Source of the DNA: an uncultured Methanosarcinales archaeon
Lineage (GTDB): Archaea > Nanobdellota > Nanobdellia > Woesearchaeales > CAYZNE01
DNA length: 64,000 nt
Direction of reading: 5' to 3'
Assembly (NCBI GenBank): GCA_964461035.1
Contig: CAYWRI010000003.1
Location: 3,213 to 67,212, forward strand
Part shown: piece by piece, positions 28,743 through 38,233 of the stretch
How positions within the stretch are numbered: the stretch's first letter is position 1
Layout: every line of letters starts with the position of its first letter
Notes under the pieces: generated by a model
What the model was told of the DNA's origin: nothing
Database searches by the model: none
What the model saw: only the letters and a program-made list of their open reading frames with translations
Program-made: the position numbers and the translations under genes

Positions 28743-29384
28743 ATGGCAGACAAAAAAACATTACTGGATTTAAAGAAGAAAATGAAGGCTAAACGACCTA
28801 CATTTATTAGAAGCAGTGCTAAAATTAAAAAGCGTGTTTCTTGTTCTGGTTGGAGACGACCCAAAGGTCTGCAAAATAAAATGAGACTAAAGAAGAGAGG
28901 ATATCATAGATGTGTTGATACAGGGTATGGAACTCCTAATGAAATTCGTCATGTTGATTTGAAAACGGGTTTACTTTCAATAGTTGTTTCAAGTAAAAAG
29001 GATATTGAAAAAATAGATTCAAAAACTCATGCGGTTATTTTATCTTCCAAACTTGGAATAAAAAAGAAACAAGAATTAATAAAAATTGTTGAAGAGAAAA
29101 AACTTGTACTTGTTCAAGGTCTTGACAAAATTAAAAATTCGGTTGATAAAGCTTTGAAAACAAAGGAACAAAAAAAGAAAGAACAGTTGAATAGAAAAAA
29201 ATCAAAAGAAACTAAACAGAAAAAAGCTTCAGAAGAAAAAAAGAAAAAAGAAAAGAAAAAAGAAGAAGAATCTAAGAAAGGTTCTGAAGATTTAGATACT
29301 TTAGCTAATGATATAAAAGAAGAATCTGATGAGCAAAAAAGTGCTAAAAAAGTATTTACAAAAAAAGATGCTAATAATTTTTAA
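28743..29384 (+). CDS. rpl32e: Ribosomal protein eL32 (L32e) with a K/E-rich C-terminal extension
   Basis: 'KRPTFIRSSAKIKKRVSCSGWRRPKGLQNKMRLKKRGY' matches eL32. The tail is 'KEQKKKEQLNRKKSKETKQKKASEEKKKKEKKKEEE'. Confidence 0.85.
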   Translation: MADKKTLLDLKKKMKAKRPTFIRSSAKIKKRVSCSGWRRPKGLQNKMRLKKRGYHRCVDTGYGTPNEIRHVDLKTGLLSIVVSSKKDIEKIDSKTHAVILSSKLGIKKKQELIKIVEEKKLVLVQGLDKIKNSVDKALKTKEQKKKEQLNRKKSKETKQKKASEEKKKKEKKKEEESKKGSEDLDTLANDIKEESDEQKSAKKVFTKKDANNF

Positions 29385-29412
29385 AAAAATTTAATAATAA
29401 GTGATAATTAAA

Positions 29413-29871
29413 ATGAAACTCGATTTACAAAAAAGACTAGCGGCAAGGATTTTTAAGTCCTCGAAGAACAGAGTTAGATTTGAGACTGATGTTCTTGATG
29501 AAATTAAAGAAGGACTTACTAAATCAGATATGCGTGGAATGATTAATAGAGGTCTTGTATCTTTAAATCCAAAAAAAGGAATTAGTAGAGTAAGAGCTAG
29601 AAAAAGAGCTGAGCAAAAAGCAAAAGGGTTAAGAAAAGGTCCAGGAAAAAGAAAAGGTACAAAAAATGCTAGACAACCCGATAAAGAAACTTGGATGAAT
29701 AAAATAAGATTACAAAGACAATTCCTTAAAGAGTTATATGATAAAAAATATTTATCTACAGCTATTTATAGAAATCTTTACATGAAATCAAAAGGCGGAT
29801 TTTTTAGAAATAAAAGACATATTAAAGTTTATATAGATGATAATAATCTTTCATTGAAAAAAGCTAAATAA
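29413..29871 (+). CDS. rpl19e: Ribosomal protein eL19 (L19e). The start is taken at the internal ATG (MKLDLQKRLAA); the ORF track starts at 29401.
   Basis: 'LDLQKRLAARIFKSSKNRVRFE' is the canonical eL19 N-terminus. Confidence 0.85.
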   Translation: MKLDLQKRLAARIFKSSKNRVRFETDVLDEIKEGLTKSDMRGMINRGLVSLNPKKGISRVRARKRAEQKAKGLRKGPGKRKGTKNARQPDKETWMNKIRLQRQFLKELYDKKYLSTAIYRNLYMKSKGGFFRNKRHIKVYIDDNNLSLKKAK

Positions 29872-29884
29872 CTGGTGAATTATA

Positions 29885-30385
29885 ATGAGACGAAGTGTTC
29901 CAACAATACCCTTAAGACGGAAAAGAGAAAATAAAACAAACTATAGAAAAAGATTTGCTTATCTTAAATCTGGAAAAAATAGACTTGTTATTAGATTAAG
30001 TAATAAATATTTAACACTTCAAATTGTGAATTATACCCCTGCGGGTGACACAATTATAAAGTCTTGTGTATCAAAAGAATTACAAAAATTAGGTTGGACT
30101 AGTTCTTGTAATAATTTACCTGCAGCATATCTTACCGGTTTATTATTAGCGCATAAAATGAATTCAGAAGAAAACAAAGTATGTATTGTTGATTTAGGTC
30201 TGAGAAATCCTAAAAGTGGAAATAGCAAAATTTATGCCGCATTAAGAGGTGCTCTTGAAGGAGGATTAGATTTGCCTGTTGATACAAAAATTTTTCCAAG
30301 TGATGATTCAATAATTGGAAAGCACATAAGTGAAGACTTAGCAAAGTCTGTTGAAGATATAAAGAAAAAAATTCAAATAATTTAA
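29885..30385 (+). CDS. rpl18: Ribosomal protein uL18
   Basis: 'KTNYRKRFAYLKSGKNRLVIRLSNKYLTLQIVNY' matches uL18. Confidence 0.88.
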   Translation: MRRSVPTIPLRRKRENKTNYRKRFAYLKSGKNRLVIRLSNKYLTLQIVNYTPAGDTIIKSCVSKELQKLGWTSSCNNLPAAYLTGLLLAHKMNSEENKVCIVDLGLRNPKSGNSKIYAALRGALEGGLDLPVDTKIFPSDDSIIGKHISEDLAKSVEDIKKKIQII

Positions 30386-30403
30386 TGATTAAGGTAAAGC
30401 AAA

Positions 30404-31315
30404 ATGTCTCCTAAACAAAAAAAACCAAATTCAAAAACAAAATCGGATCTTAAACCTAGAAGAGATAATAATAGGAAAGATAAAAGATTTTCTAATAAAA
30501 GAAAAGATCTTAAACCTAAAGTGTCCAAAAAACAATTAATGGATGCGTGGATTCCTAAAACAGAAATTGGAAAAAAAGTAAAATCAAAAGATATCATAGA
30601 TATAGATACAATTCTTAATTCAGGAATTAATATACTTGAACCAGAAATCGTAGATTTTTTAATTGAGTTAGAAGATGAACTTCTTCTTGTTGGTCAATCC
30701 AAAGGTAAATTTGGTGGTGGTCAGAGAAGAGTTTTTAGACAAACTCAAAAGAAAACCAGAGAAGGTAATAAACCAAAATTTTCAACTGTTTGTGTAGTTG
30801 GAGATAAAGATGGTCATGTTGGTGTTGGGTTTGGTAAAGCAAAAGAAACTGTTCCTGCAAGAGAAAAAGCAAAAAGACAAGCAAAACTAAGCATATTCAA
30901 AATAAGAAGAGGATGCGGAAGTTGGGAGTGTAATTGTGGTGAACCTCACACAGTTCCTTTTGCAGTTGAAGGAAAATGTGGTTCAGTAATTGTTAGATTA
31001 ATGCCTGCACCAAAAGGTAAGGGTTTATGTGTTGAATCAGAAGTCGCAAAAATACTTGCATTTGCAGGTATAAAAGATGTTTGGTCAAAAACTTTTGGTC
31101 AAACAAAAAATCGTCTTAATTTATTCAAAGCAACCGTTGAAGCATTAAAAAAATTATCTTCAACAAAAGTTAGACCATTAGATATAGCTAATTGTTCTAT
31201 AATTGATTATTCTTTAATCAAAAAAGAAAGACAAGAAACAGGTATTGAAGAAAAAAAAGAAATTTTAGAAGAGCCAATACTTAATGTTGAAGAAATAGAA
31301 GATGTTGATAGATAG
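30404..31315 (+). CDS. rps5: Ribosomal protein uS5 with a Lys-rich N-terminal extension
   Basis: 'GGQRRVFRQTQKKTREG ... TVCVVGDKDGHVGVGFGKAKETVPA' matches the uS5 dsRBD and C-domain. The first roughly 50 aa are 'KKPNSKTKSDLKPRRDNNRKDKRF ...'. Confidence 0.9.
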   Translation: MSPKQKKPNSKTKSDLKPRRDNNRKDKRFSNKRKDLKPKVSKKQLMDAWIPKTEIGKKVKSKDIIDIDTILNSGINILEPEIVDFLIELEDELLLVGQSKGKFGGGQRRVFRQTQKKTREGNKPKFSTVCVVGDKDGHVGVGFGKAKETVPAREKAKRQAKLSIFKIRRGCGSWECNCGEPHTVPFAVEGKCGSVIVRLMPAPKGKGLCVESEVAKILAFAGIKDVWSKTFGQTKNRLNLFKATVEALKKLSSTKVRPLDIANCSIIDYSLIKKERQETGIEEKKEILEEPILNVEEIEDVDR

Positions 31316-31322
31316 GTGTAAA

Positions 31323-31727
31323 ATGTCAGAAGAAACTAATAATAAAAAATCTGTAAACGAGAAAATTGCAATTATACTTATTCGAGGAAGAATAGGTATG
31401 AGACATGATATGCGCATGACTGCAGATTTACTTAAATTAATAAAAAAGAATACTTGTGTAGTTCTTGAAAATACTCTTCCGAATAAGGGCATGGTTGAAA
31501 AAATTAAAGATTATGCAACTTATGGACTTTTAGATGATTCAACTCACAAATTACTTATCAGTAAAAGAGCACAGAAAGATAAAGAAGGTAAAGTTTTAAA
31601 CATTTTTAAACTTCATCCTCCTAGAGGCGGATTTGAAAGAAAAGGAACAAAACAGCCTTTTTCCAATGGTGGTGCTTTAGGTAATAGAAAAGATAAAATA
31701 AACTTACTTATACAAAGAATGATTTAG
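31323..31727 (+). CDS. rpl30: Ribosomal protein uL30. The start is taken at the ATG after a GGTG SD; the ORF track starts at 31302.
   Basis: 'IAIILIRGRIGMRHDMRMTADLLKL' matches uL30. Confidence 0.85.
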   Translation: MSEETNNKKSVNEKIAIILIRGRIGMRHDMRMTADLLKLIKKNTCVVLENTLPNKGMVEKIKDYATYGLLDDSTHKLLISKRAQKDKEGKVLNIFKLHPPRGGFERKGTKQPFSNGGALGNRKDKINLLIQRMI

Positions 31728-31728
31728 G

Positions 31729-32208
31729 TTGATTATTATGGTAAATTTTAAAAGAAAAAAGAATACACGGCAAAGAGGAACACACACTCATGGCTGCGGC
31801 TCTAAAAAGAAACGAAGAGGAGCGGGTAATCGTGGTGGACGAGGAGATGCAGGTTCAGGTAAAAGAGGAGATGCAAAAAAACCTAGTTACTGGGCCATAA
31901 AAAATAGATTTGGTAAAAACGGATTCACTTCAAAATCTAAACTAGTAATCAATCAAATAAATTTAGTTGAATTACAATCTGCAGTAGAAACTTATATTAA
32001 ACAAGGCAAAGCTGAACTAAAAGCAGATACTTATATTGTTAATCTTAAAGATATAAAAAGAAATAAATTACTCGGAACTGGAAAATTATACAAGAAATTT
32101 GAAATAACAACAGAATACGCATCAGAAACCGCAGTAAAAAAAGTGCAAGAAGCAGGTGGTAAAGTAATTTTACTTAAATCCTCAGTTGCAAATGAATTAG
32201 AGAAATAG
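31729..32208 (+). CDS. rpl15: Ribosomal protein uL15
   Basis: 'RQRGTHTHGCGSKKKRRGAGNRGGRG' matches uL15. Confidence 0.88.
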   Translation: MIIMVNFKRKKNTRQRGTHTHGCGSKKKRRGAGNRGGRGDAGSGKRGDAKKPSYWAIKNRFGKNGFTSKSKLVINQINLVELQSAVETYIKQGKAELKADTYIVNLKDIKRNKLLGTGKLYKKFEITTEYASETAVKKVQEAGGKVILLKSSVANELEK

Positions 32209-32329
32209 TTCAAAGTTATTTACTTTTATTGTTTTACTTTTATCATTTTTATTGATAGTTTAGTATTACATTATGTTATGTGACTATTTCTCAAAAAATA
32301 TTTAAATGTTTTTAATAATGTGATGTTTT

Positions 32330-33661
32330 ATGGTATCAACTCTAGATAAACTATTATTTAATCTGCCCGAAGTATCTCACCCGACAGAAAAGAAAGTATC
32401 TTTTAAGACTAAAATAAAGTGGACTCTAATTACTCTTGTTTTATTCTTTGTTTTGGGTGTTGTTCCTTTATATGGTGCAGATGCGAGTGTATTACAACAA
32501 TTTGAATATCTTTCTATATTGCTTGGTGCACAATTTGGTTCTTTAATCAGTTTAGGCATTGGTCCTATTGTAACTGCATCCATAGTTTTACAATTACTTA
32601 ATGGCTCAGGAATTGTGAAATTTGATCTTTCATCAGATAATGGTAAAAAAAGATTTCAAGGAGTTCAAAAATTACTTGCAATGTTTTTTATACTTTTTGA
32701 AGCATACATATATGTTGCGGTTGGCGGATTAAAAGCAATGCCTGGTGTTTCTCCTGTACTTATTATTGGTCAATTAATACTGGGTGGAATCTTAATTATG
32801 TTTATGGATGAAGTAATAACTAAATGGGGATTTGGTTCAGGAATAAGTTTGTTCATTGCTGCAAATGTTTCTCAGTCTTTATTCGTTAGAATCTTTAGTC
32901 CACAGCATCTTCAGGGAAGTAATTATTCTGTAGGTGCATTATTTGCATTAGTACAAGCATTTGCAGATAATAATCCTCAAACAGCAGGATTAATGCTTGC
33001 AGCACTTCTTGCAACCGCAGGTGTTTTCTTATTAGTAGTTTATGTTCAATCAATGAATATTGAAATTCCTTTATCATATGGTCGAGTTAGAGGTTTTGGT
33101 ATAAGATGGCCCTTAAAATTTTTATATACTAGTAATATTCCAGTTATATTAATTGCAGCTTTAATGGCAAACATACAATTATTTGCTCGATTATTTGGAA
33201 ATAATGGTTCTGGGGGAATAATTGCTTGGTTACAGGCACCTAAGCTGATTGAATTAATTATAAAAGGGAGTGTAGCTCCAATAAACTTTGCTCAAGCACT
33301 AGTTTATCTGTTGATTTTAGTTAGTGGAGCAGTATTATTTAGTATGTTTTGGGTTCAAACATCGGGTCTTGATGCTAGAAGTCAGGCTAAAAAAATAATG
33401 GAATCAGGCTTACAAATGCCTGGTTTTAGAAGAGATGCACGAGTTTTAGAAAAAGTGCTCAATAGATATATTACTCCTTTAACTGTTATGGGTGGAATAA
33501 CTGTGGGTCTTTTAGCAGGTCTTGCAGATATTGCAGGAGCGTTGGCTAATGGAACAGGTATTTTATTGGCTGTTATGATTATTTATCAATTGTATGAACA
33601 GATAGCTCAACAACATATGATGGATATGAATCCTATGATGCGAAAATTCATGGGTAAATAA
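32330..33661 (+). CDS. secY: Preprotein translocase subunit SecY
   Basis: Ten-TM protein at the conserved end of the r-protein cluster. 'KLLFNLPEV ... KIKWTLITLVLFFVLGVVPLYG' matches the SecY N-terminus; the plug/TM2 region is present. Confidence 0.9.
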   Translation: MVSTLDKLLFNLPEVSHPTEKKVSFKTKIKWTLITLVLFFVLGVVPLYGADASVLQQFEYLSILLGAQFGSLISLGIGPIVTASIVLQLLNGSGIVKFDLSSDNGKKRFQGVQKLLAMFFILFEAYIYVAVGGLKAMPGVSPVLIIGQLILGGILIMFMDEVITKWGFGSGISLFIAANVSQSLFVRIFSPQHLQGSNYSVGALFALVQAFADNNPQTAGLMLAALLATAGVFLLVVYVQSMNIEIPLSYGRVRGFGIRWPLKFLYTSNIPVILIAALMANIQLFARLFGNNGSGGIIAWLQAPKLIELIIKGSVAPINFAQALVYLLILVSGAVLFSMFWVQTSGLDARSQAKKIMESGLQMPGFRRDARVLEKVLNRYITPLTVMGGITVGLLAGLADIAGALANGTGILLAVMIIYQLYEQIAQQHMMDMNPMMRKFMGK

Positions 33662-33790
33662 TTTCTCTTTTTTTTAATCTGAGATAAACTTACAATACGC
33701 TGATTTTATGTTAATTTATGTAATTCAGCTCAAAATATTTCCGGAGGGATTAAAACGACTGAAAGTTATGGTGGACTTAAAAGTCCAAAA

Positions 33791-33985
33791 ATGCAGGTTA
33801 CAAAGGGTGTACAGAATATTTTTAAGGAGCCCTTAGACCTTTGTGATGACATTGCTTATTCAAATTTAGCAGCTCGAGAAAACTTGAGACTTCTTGGTGG
33901 AAGAGAGTTATATCGTACTTCTGAAGGAGAAAGAATAAGTGAGGGATTTAAACTTTTTAAAATGAATGAAACTGATAATTTTTAA
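33791..33985 (+). CDS. Small hypothetical ORF (64 aa) inside a GC-enriched noncoding-looking region; may instead be part of a structured RNA
   Basis: Contained in the ORF track only. No motif; the surrounding 33.66-34.12 kb lacks other genes. Confidence 0.15.
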   Translation: MQVTKGVQNIFKEPLDLCDDIAYSNLAARENLRLLGGRELYRTSEGERISEGFKLFKMNETDNF

Positions 33986-34119
33986 TTTAAATTTAGAACC
34001 ACAAATATTTAGTTGTCGGATTTATAGATATTAATGTTCTATTAGTTTTTTTAATATTGTAAAAGGATTTCTATATTTATGTTATATTTCCTTTCATCAG
34101 ATTTCCTTTATCATAATAT

Positions 34120-34707
34120 TTAGATTTTTGTTAATTCTGTTTTTATTTGTTCATTACTTAAGAATAAAATACAATTTATTCCTTGTTTTTTAGCAGGTTC
34201 AAAGTATTTTTCTTTATTATCTATAAAAACTAATTCATTCGTTTTAAATTCAATTTCAGGAAGAATTTTATCCCAAATCATATCTTGAGTTTTACTGATT
34301 TTTAGTTTATGTGATAAAAATACTTTATCAAAATATTTATTGAAATCAAGCTGTTTTTCATAATTAGGAAATACTTGTTCAAAATTATTTGATAACAGGA
34401 AAATAGCGTACTCTTTTTTTAATTCTAGAATATACTCAAGTAACTCAATATTTAGTTTAGGAATTGTTTCAAATAGATACATAAAATCTTCAGGATTTTT
34501 GTTTTTATTTAAAGAATAAATAAATTAATCTAAAAATTGTTTAGGAGATAATTTTGCTCTTGCAAATGGTTGAATTAGTGGTTTAAATTTTTCTTTAACA
34601 AATGATTCATCCAAATTTAACTTAGTGCTTAGTTCTCTTGCAAGAGTATCTGCCCAATTTTCTGTGGTGCAAACTCCAAACCAATCAAAAATAATTGCTT
34701 TAATCAT
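34120..34707 (-). pseudogene. HAD-superfamily hydrolase-like gene interrupted by a single in-frame TAA, with a degenerate motif I
   Basis: Two ORF-track pieces (34525..34707 and 34120..34482) are in the same frame. They are separated by a TAA at 34525-34527 plus 14 sense codons. The N-terminal piece has 'IIFDWFGV' (DxDx[TV] with the second Asp replaced by Phe). The C-terminal piece has 'VFIDNKEKYFEPAKKQGINCILF' (motif III/IV-like). Confidence 0.45.
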
Positions 34708-34910
34708 TTCATTTTTTTTTGGGACTTACTTTATTTAAATTTTTCGATTTTAAAACTTAAAAAATAAAAATGGTTGAATTCTCAACCACTATCAATTATG
34801 AAATTGGTTTCCATAAATGAAATAATAAATCAAAAATGAAAAGAGTTTTCTATAAATGATAAAGTTTATAAATAATTGGGTTTAAGCTAATATTAATAGG
34901 TGTTTGATAT

Positions 34911-35444
34911 ATGAACTACAAAGATTCAGTTTTAGGGTTAATAGATAAGAAAACTATTGCGGTTATAGTGTTTTTATTTCAAAATCCAACTAAAGAATTT
35001 TGTCTTAATGAGATTTCTGAAGGTAGTAAAGTGCCTGTAGCAACAGTTTATAGGATTCTTAGAAAGCTTACAAGATATGACCTTATCAAATTTAATAAAA
35101 TTAAATCGTTAAGGTTATATAAAATAAGTAATAATGATGCTATAGAGTTCTTGAGGCCCCTATTTGAAGATTCAGATGCTCATCTTGCAGAATTCATAGA
35201 TTTAGTGAGTCCTGATCCTAATATTTATAGTATCATACAATATGGTAAAGAATCAAAAGATAGAATCAATCTATTAGTAATAGGTGATAAAGTTGATTCA
35301 GAGCCGGTTAAAGGCGTTGTATATGCTATTAAAGAGAAATATGGTATAACTTTAAACACTTTAGTTCTAGAACCTGATCAATATGTTCAAATGTCTGATA
35401 TGGGGCTTTATTCTGGTAGAAAAAAAGAATTATTTTCTAGATAA
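34911..35444 (+). CDS. Winged-helix (TrmB/MarR-like) putative transcriptional regulator
   Basis: N-terminal 'FCLNEISEGSKVPVATVYRILRKLTRYDLIKF' is an HTH-recognition-helix pattern. The C-terminal domain is unassigned. Confidence 0.45.
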   Translation: MNYKDSVLGLIDKKTIAVIVFLFQNPTKEFCLNEISEGSKVPVATVYRILRKLTRYDLIKFNKIKSLRLYKISNNDAIEFLRPLFEDSDAHLAEFIDLVSPDPNIYSIIQYGKESKDRINLLVIGDKVDSEPVKGVVYAIKEKYGITLNTLVLEPDQYVQMSDMGLYSGRKKELFSR

Positions 35445-35721
35445 TTGGTTGAATTTGATTGATTTATATACTAAACTATAGAAAGGTTTAAATATAAGTT
35501 ATGACACAGTTATTATAAAAGATTCTAAAAAGCAAATCTGCCCCTTACTCTTCAGTATTGGCGAAATGGCTTTTTAGCAGTGTTTCAGCAAGATTAAACC
35601 CGAAGATGTTCAAAATCCTAAAACTTTGCTTTTAAACCTTTGGGTTTTTTAATATATATGTTTTAGGATATAAGTGCTGAGTTTTGGAATCTTAAAATAA
35701 AATGGTGTGTGGTGTATAAAA

Positions 35722-36798
35722 ATGGATTTTATTGTGGAAAATGCTTTAAAGCAACAAGAAAGTATGGCAACTCCAGATGATTTATCTGTGGGTCAAGCTA
35801 ATATTAAAGTGTTAGGAAGTGGTGGAGCTGGAAATAATATGGTTAACTGGCTTTACAAGAAAGGAGTTAGAGGAGCAGAAATAATCGCATGTAATACTGA
35901 TTTGCAACATTTAAATATGATAGAAGCAGATAAAAAATTCTTGATTGGAAAAGATGTTACAAGAGGTTTAGGTTGTGGTGGTTTCCCGGAAAAAGGGGCT
36001 GAGGCAGCAAGGGAATCAATGCAAGAACTTAAAGAAGCATTAAAAGGTGCAGATATGTGCTTTGTATGTGCTGGAATGGGTGGAGGAACTGGAACAGGTT
36101 CATCACCAATCGTAGCTCAAGTAGCTAAAGAAGCAGGTGCAATTGTTATAGGAACTGTAACAATGCCATTTAAAATAGAAAGAGCAAGAGTTGATAAAGC
36201 AGAATTTGGTTTACAAAAACTGAGACAAGTTGCAGATACAGTAATAGTAATAGATAACAACAGATTAGTTCAAATAGCTGGAAATCTACCTGTTCAACAA
36301 GCATTTGCAGTAGCAAACGAACTTATAGCTACAATGATTAAAGGAATTGTTGAAACAATCGCTGTACCTTCACTTGTTAACTTAGATTATGCAGATGTAA
36401 AAGCAATAATGACTGATGGTGGAGTTGCTGCAATCGGAGTAGGTGCTTCAGACACAAACAATAGGGTTGAAGAAGCAGTTAAAGGTGCTTTAAGTAATCC
36501 TTTATTAGACATATCTTACGAGGGTGCAACAGGAGCAATCTTACATATTTCAGGAGGTCCTGATATGACTCTTGATGACATAAACACTATTGGTGAATTA
36601 GTTACTGAATCAATGGATGCTGATGCAAATGTTATCTGGGGTGCAAGAGTTGATGATGATATGAAGGAAAAAATTACGGTTATGACTATTATAACTGGAG
36701 TTCAGAGTCCTTGGATTCTTGGAAAGCCTTCACAAAGAGAAGCTCAAGCAGCTAAAGTTCGATTATCAAATGAGCTTGGCATAGAAATTGTAAGATAA
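35722..36798 (+). CDS. ftsZ: Cell division GTPase FtsZ. The ORF track starts at a GTG at 35707; the ATG at 35722 is preferred.
   Basis: '[15 protein letters not shown]' and '[20 protein letters not shown]' (tubulin/FtsZ GGGTGTG signature); '[10 protein letters not shown]'. Confidence 0.92.
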   Translation: MDFIVENALKQQESMATPDDLSVGQANIKVLGSGGAGNNMVNWLYKKGVRGAEIIACNTDLQHLNMIEADKKFLIGKDVTRGLGCGGFPEKGAEAARESMQELKEALKGADMCFVCAGMGGGTGTGSSPIVAQVAKEAGAIVIGTVTMPFKIERARVDKAEFGLQKLRQVADTVIVIDNNRLVQIAGNLPVQQAFAVANELIATMIKGIVETIAVPSLVNLDYADVKAIMTDGGVAAIGVGASDTNNRVEEAVKGALSNPLLDISYEGATGAILHISGGPDMTLDDINTIGELVTESMDADANVIWGARVDDDMKEKITVMTIITGVQSPWILGKPSQREAQAAKVRLSNELGIEIVR

Positions 36799-36948
36799 TT
36801 TTTTTATTACTTTTATTTTTTTCATTACATTACAAATATAGTATTTCATGTAAACTAGAGCATATAGAATTCAAAATTATTGATTTTAAAAGAAGAATGC
36901 TCAAAACAACATGAATTTTTCTATTTTTTTTAAAATATTTAGAAATTA

Positions 36949-37107
36949 CTATCTGAATTCTTTTTTAGCTTGTCGTCTATAGCGTGCATATTTGTCAGAT
37001 AAAGAAAATTTAGGCGGTCTTTGTCGAATTGCTTTAGATGAGCAAGAAGGACAAATTTCTTCAAGAGTATACATATTACATTTTGAGCATTTATGAATAT
37101 GTTCCAT
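36949..37107 (-). CDS. nop10: H/ACA ribonucleoprotein subunit Nop10 (52 aa; not in the ORF track)
   Basis: Hand translation of the minus strand gives 'MEHIHKCSKCNMYTLEEICPSCSSKAIRQRPPKFSLSDKYARYRRQAKKEFR'. This has the CxxC...YTL...CPxC zinc ribbon and the 'PPKFSxxDKYxxYR' Nop10 signature. It starts 2 nt after the aIF2alpha stop, the conserved archaeal aIF2alpha-Nop10 linkage. Confidence 0.75.
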   Translation of the reverse strand: MEHIHKCSKCNMYTLEEICPSCSSKAIRQRPPKFSLSDKYARYRRQAKKEFR

Positions 37108-37108
37108 T

Positions 37109-37948
37109 TTATTTTTTATTTATTCTAGAAAAACTAAATTCGGCATCATTTTTTTGACAATAAGCTTCAGCTTCACTAATACCTTTTTTCAATAGCTTTT
37201 CACCTTCAAGATAATCGTGAGTAAGCATTCTTAATTTAAATTTACCTGATCCCAAATACTTCACTGAAATAGGTTCTTTTTTTGAACTTTGAAGTGCATG
37301 TAACGTATCTTCAGACACTTCTTTTTCAAGAGCTTCAAATATTTGTAATGCTTTTTTTACAATTTCAAGACCATTTTCAGCATAAGTTTTAACCATAATA
37401 TCTCCAACAATTTCAACTTGTTTTGGTTTTATTCTTTCTCTAATAACTTTGTCAAGCGCTTTAACTTCTTCGGGAGTTAAGTTTTGTTGTTCGCTAAAAT
37501 CATAATCTTCTTCTATAACTGCTTCAAAAAGAGGATATACTGAATCATATTCTGATATTGCAAATGCAGAAACTTTTTTATAAAACAATTTAACATCTTG
37601 CTTAAGCTCTTTTGCAACATCAATTATTATTTTTTCTGCTTTTTCTTCAAGTTTAATTTTATTTAGAGTTTTTCTTTTTTGATTTTCATTAACTCTTCTT
37701 AAAGAAAGATCAATATAACCTTTTTCTTGATTAATTTTAAGAACTTTACATACAACTTGTTTATCAACTTTAACATAATCATTTAAACTTCTTATTCTTC
37801 CAGGGCTGACTTCTGAAATATGAATCATACCCTGTTTTCCATACATTTCAATATTTACAAAAACTGAATTAAATGAAACTTTTGTAACTTTACATAGGAC
37901 CAAGTCCCCGTCCTCTGGAAATCCTTCTTTAATTAATAACATATTCAA
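37109..37948 (-). CDS. eif2a: Translation initiation factor 2 alpha subunit (aIF2alpha/eIF2alpha)
   Basis: N-terminal S1 domain 'FPEDGDLVLCKVTKVSFNSVFVNIEMYGKQGMIHISEVSPGRIRSLNDYVKVDKQVVCKVLKINQEKGYIDLSLRRV'. Confidence 0.9.
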   Translation of the reverse strand: MNMLLIKEGFPEDGDLVLCKVTKVSFNSVFVNIEMYGKQGMIHISEVSPGRIRSLNDYVKVDKQVVCKVLKINQEKGYIDLSLRRVNENQKRKTLNKIKLEEKAEKIIIDVAKELKQDVKLFYKKVSAFAISEYDSVYPLFEAVIEEDYDFSEQQNLTPEEVKALDKVIRERIKPKQVEIVGDIMVKTYAENGLEIVKKALQIFEALEKEVSEDTLHALQSSKKEPISVKYLGSGKFKLRMLTHDYLEGEKLLKKGISEAEAYCQKNDAEFSFSRINKK

Positions 37949-38233
37949 TGTAGAATAAGGAACGCTTTATTAAGTTTACTATTCAAAGGGTGTGTCCAGA
38001 ATGATAAAAAATACTGCCTTGGAGTAAATTAAGTGAAATACATTTTGTGTCTAAACACAAAATTATTGTATTTCAAGATTAGAATTTGGCCACGAGTGGT
38101 CAACAATTCTCAGCAGTATAGAAACATATTCCATTCTGAACATACTATTCAATATTCTTAAGTTGATGAACTCTTTCTATTAAATTATACTACTAATTTA
38201 AGAAAATATTAATCAACTAATTTTTTTATAATT

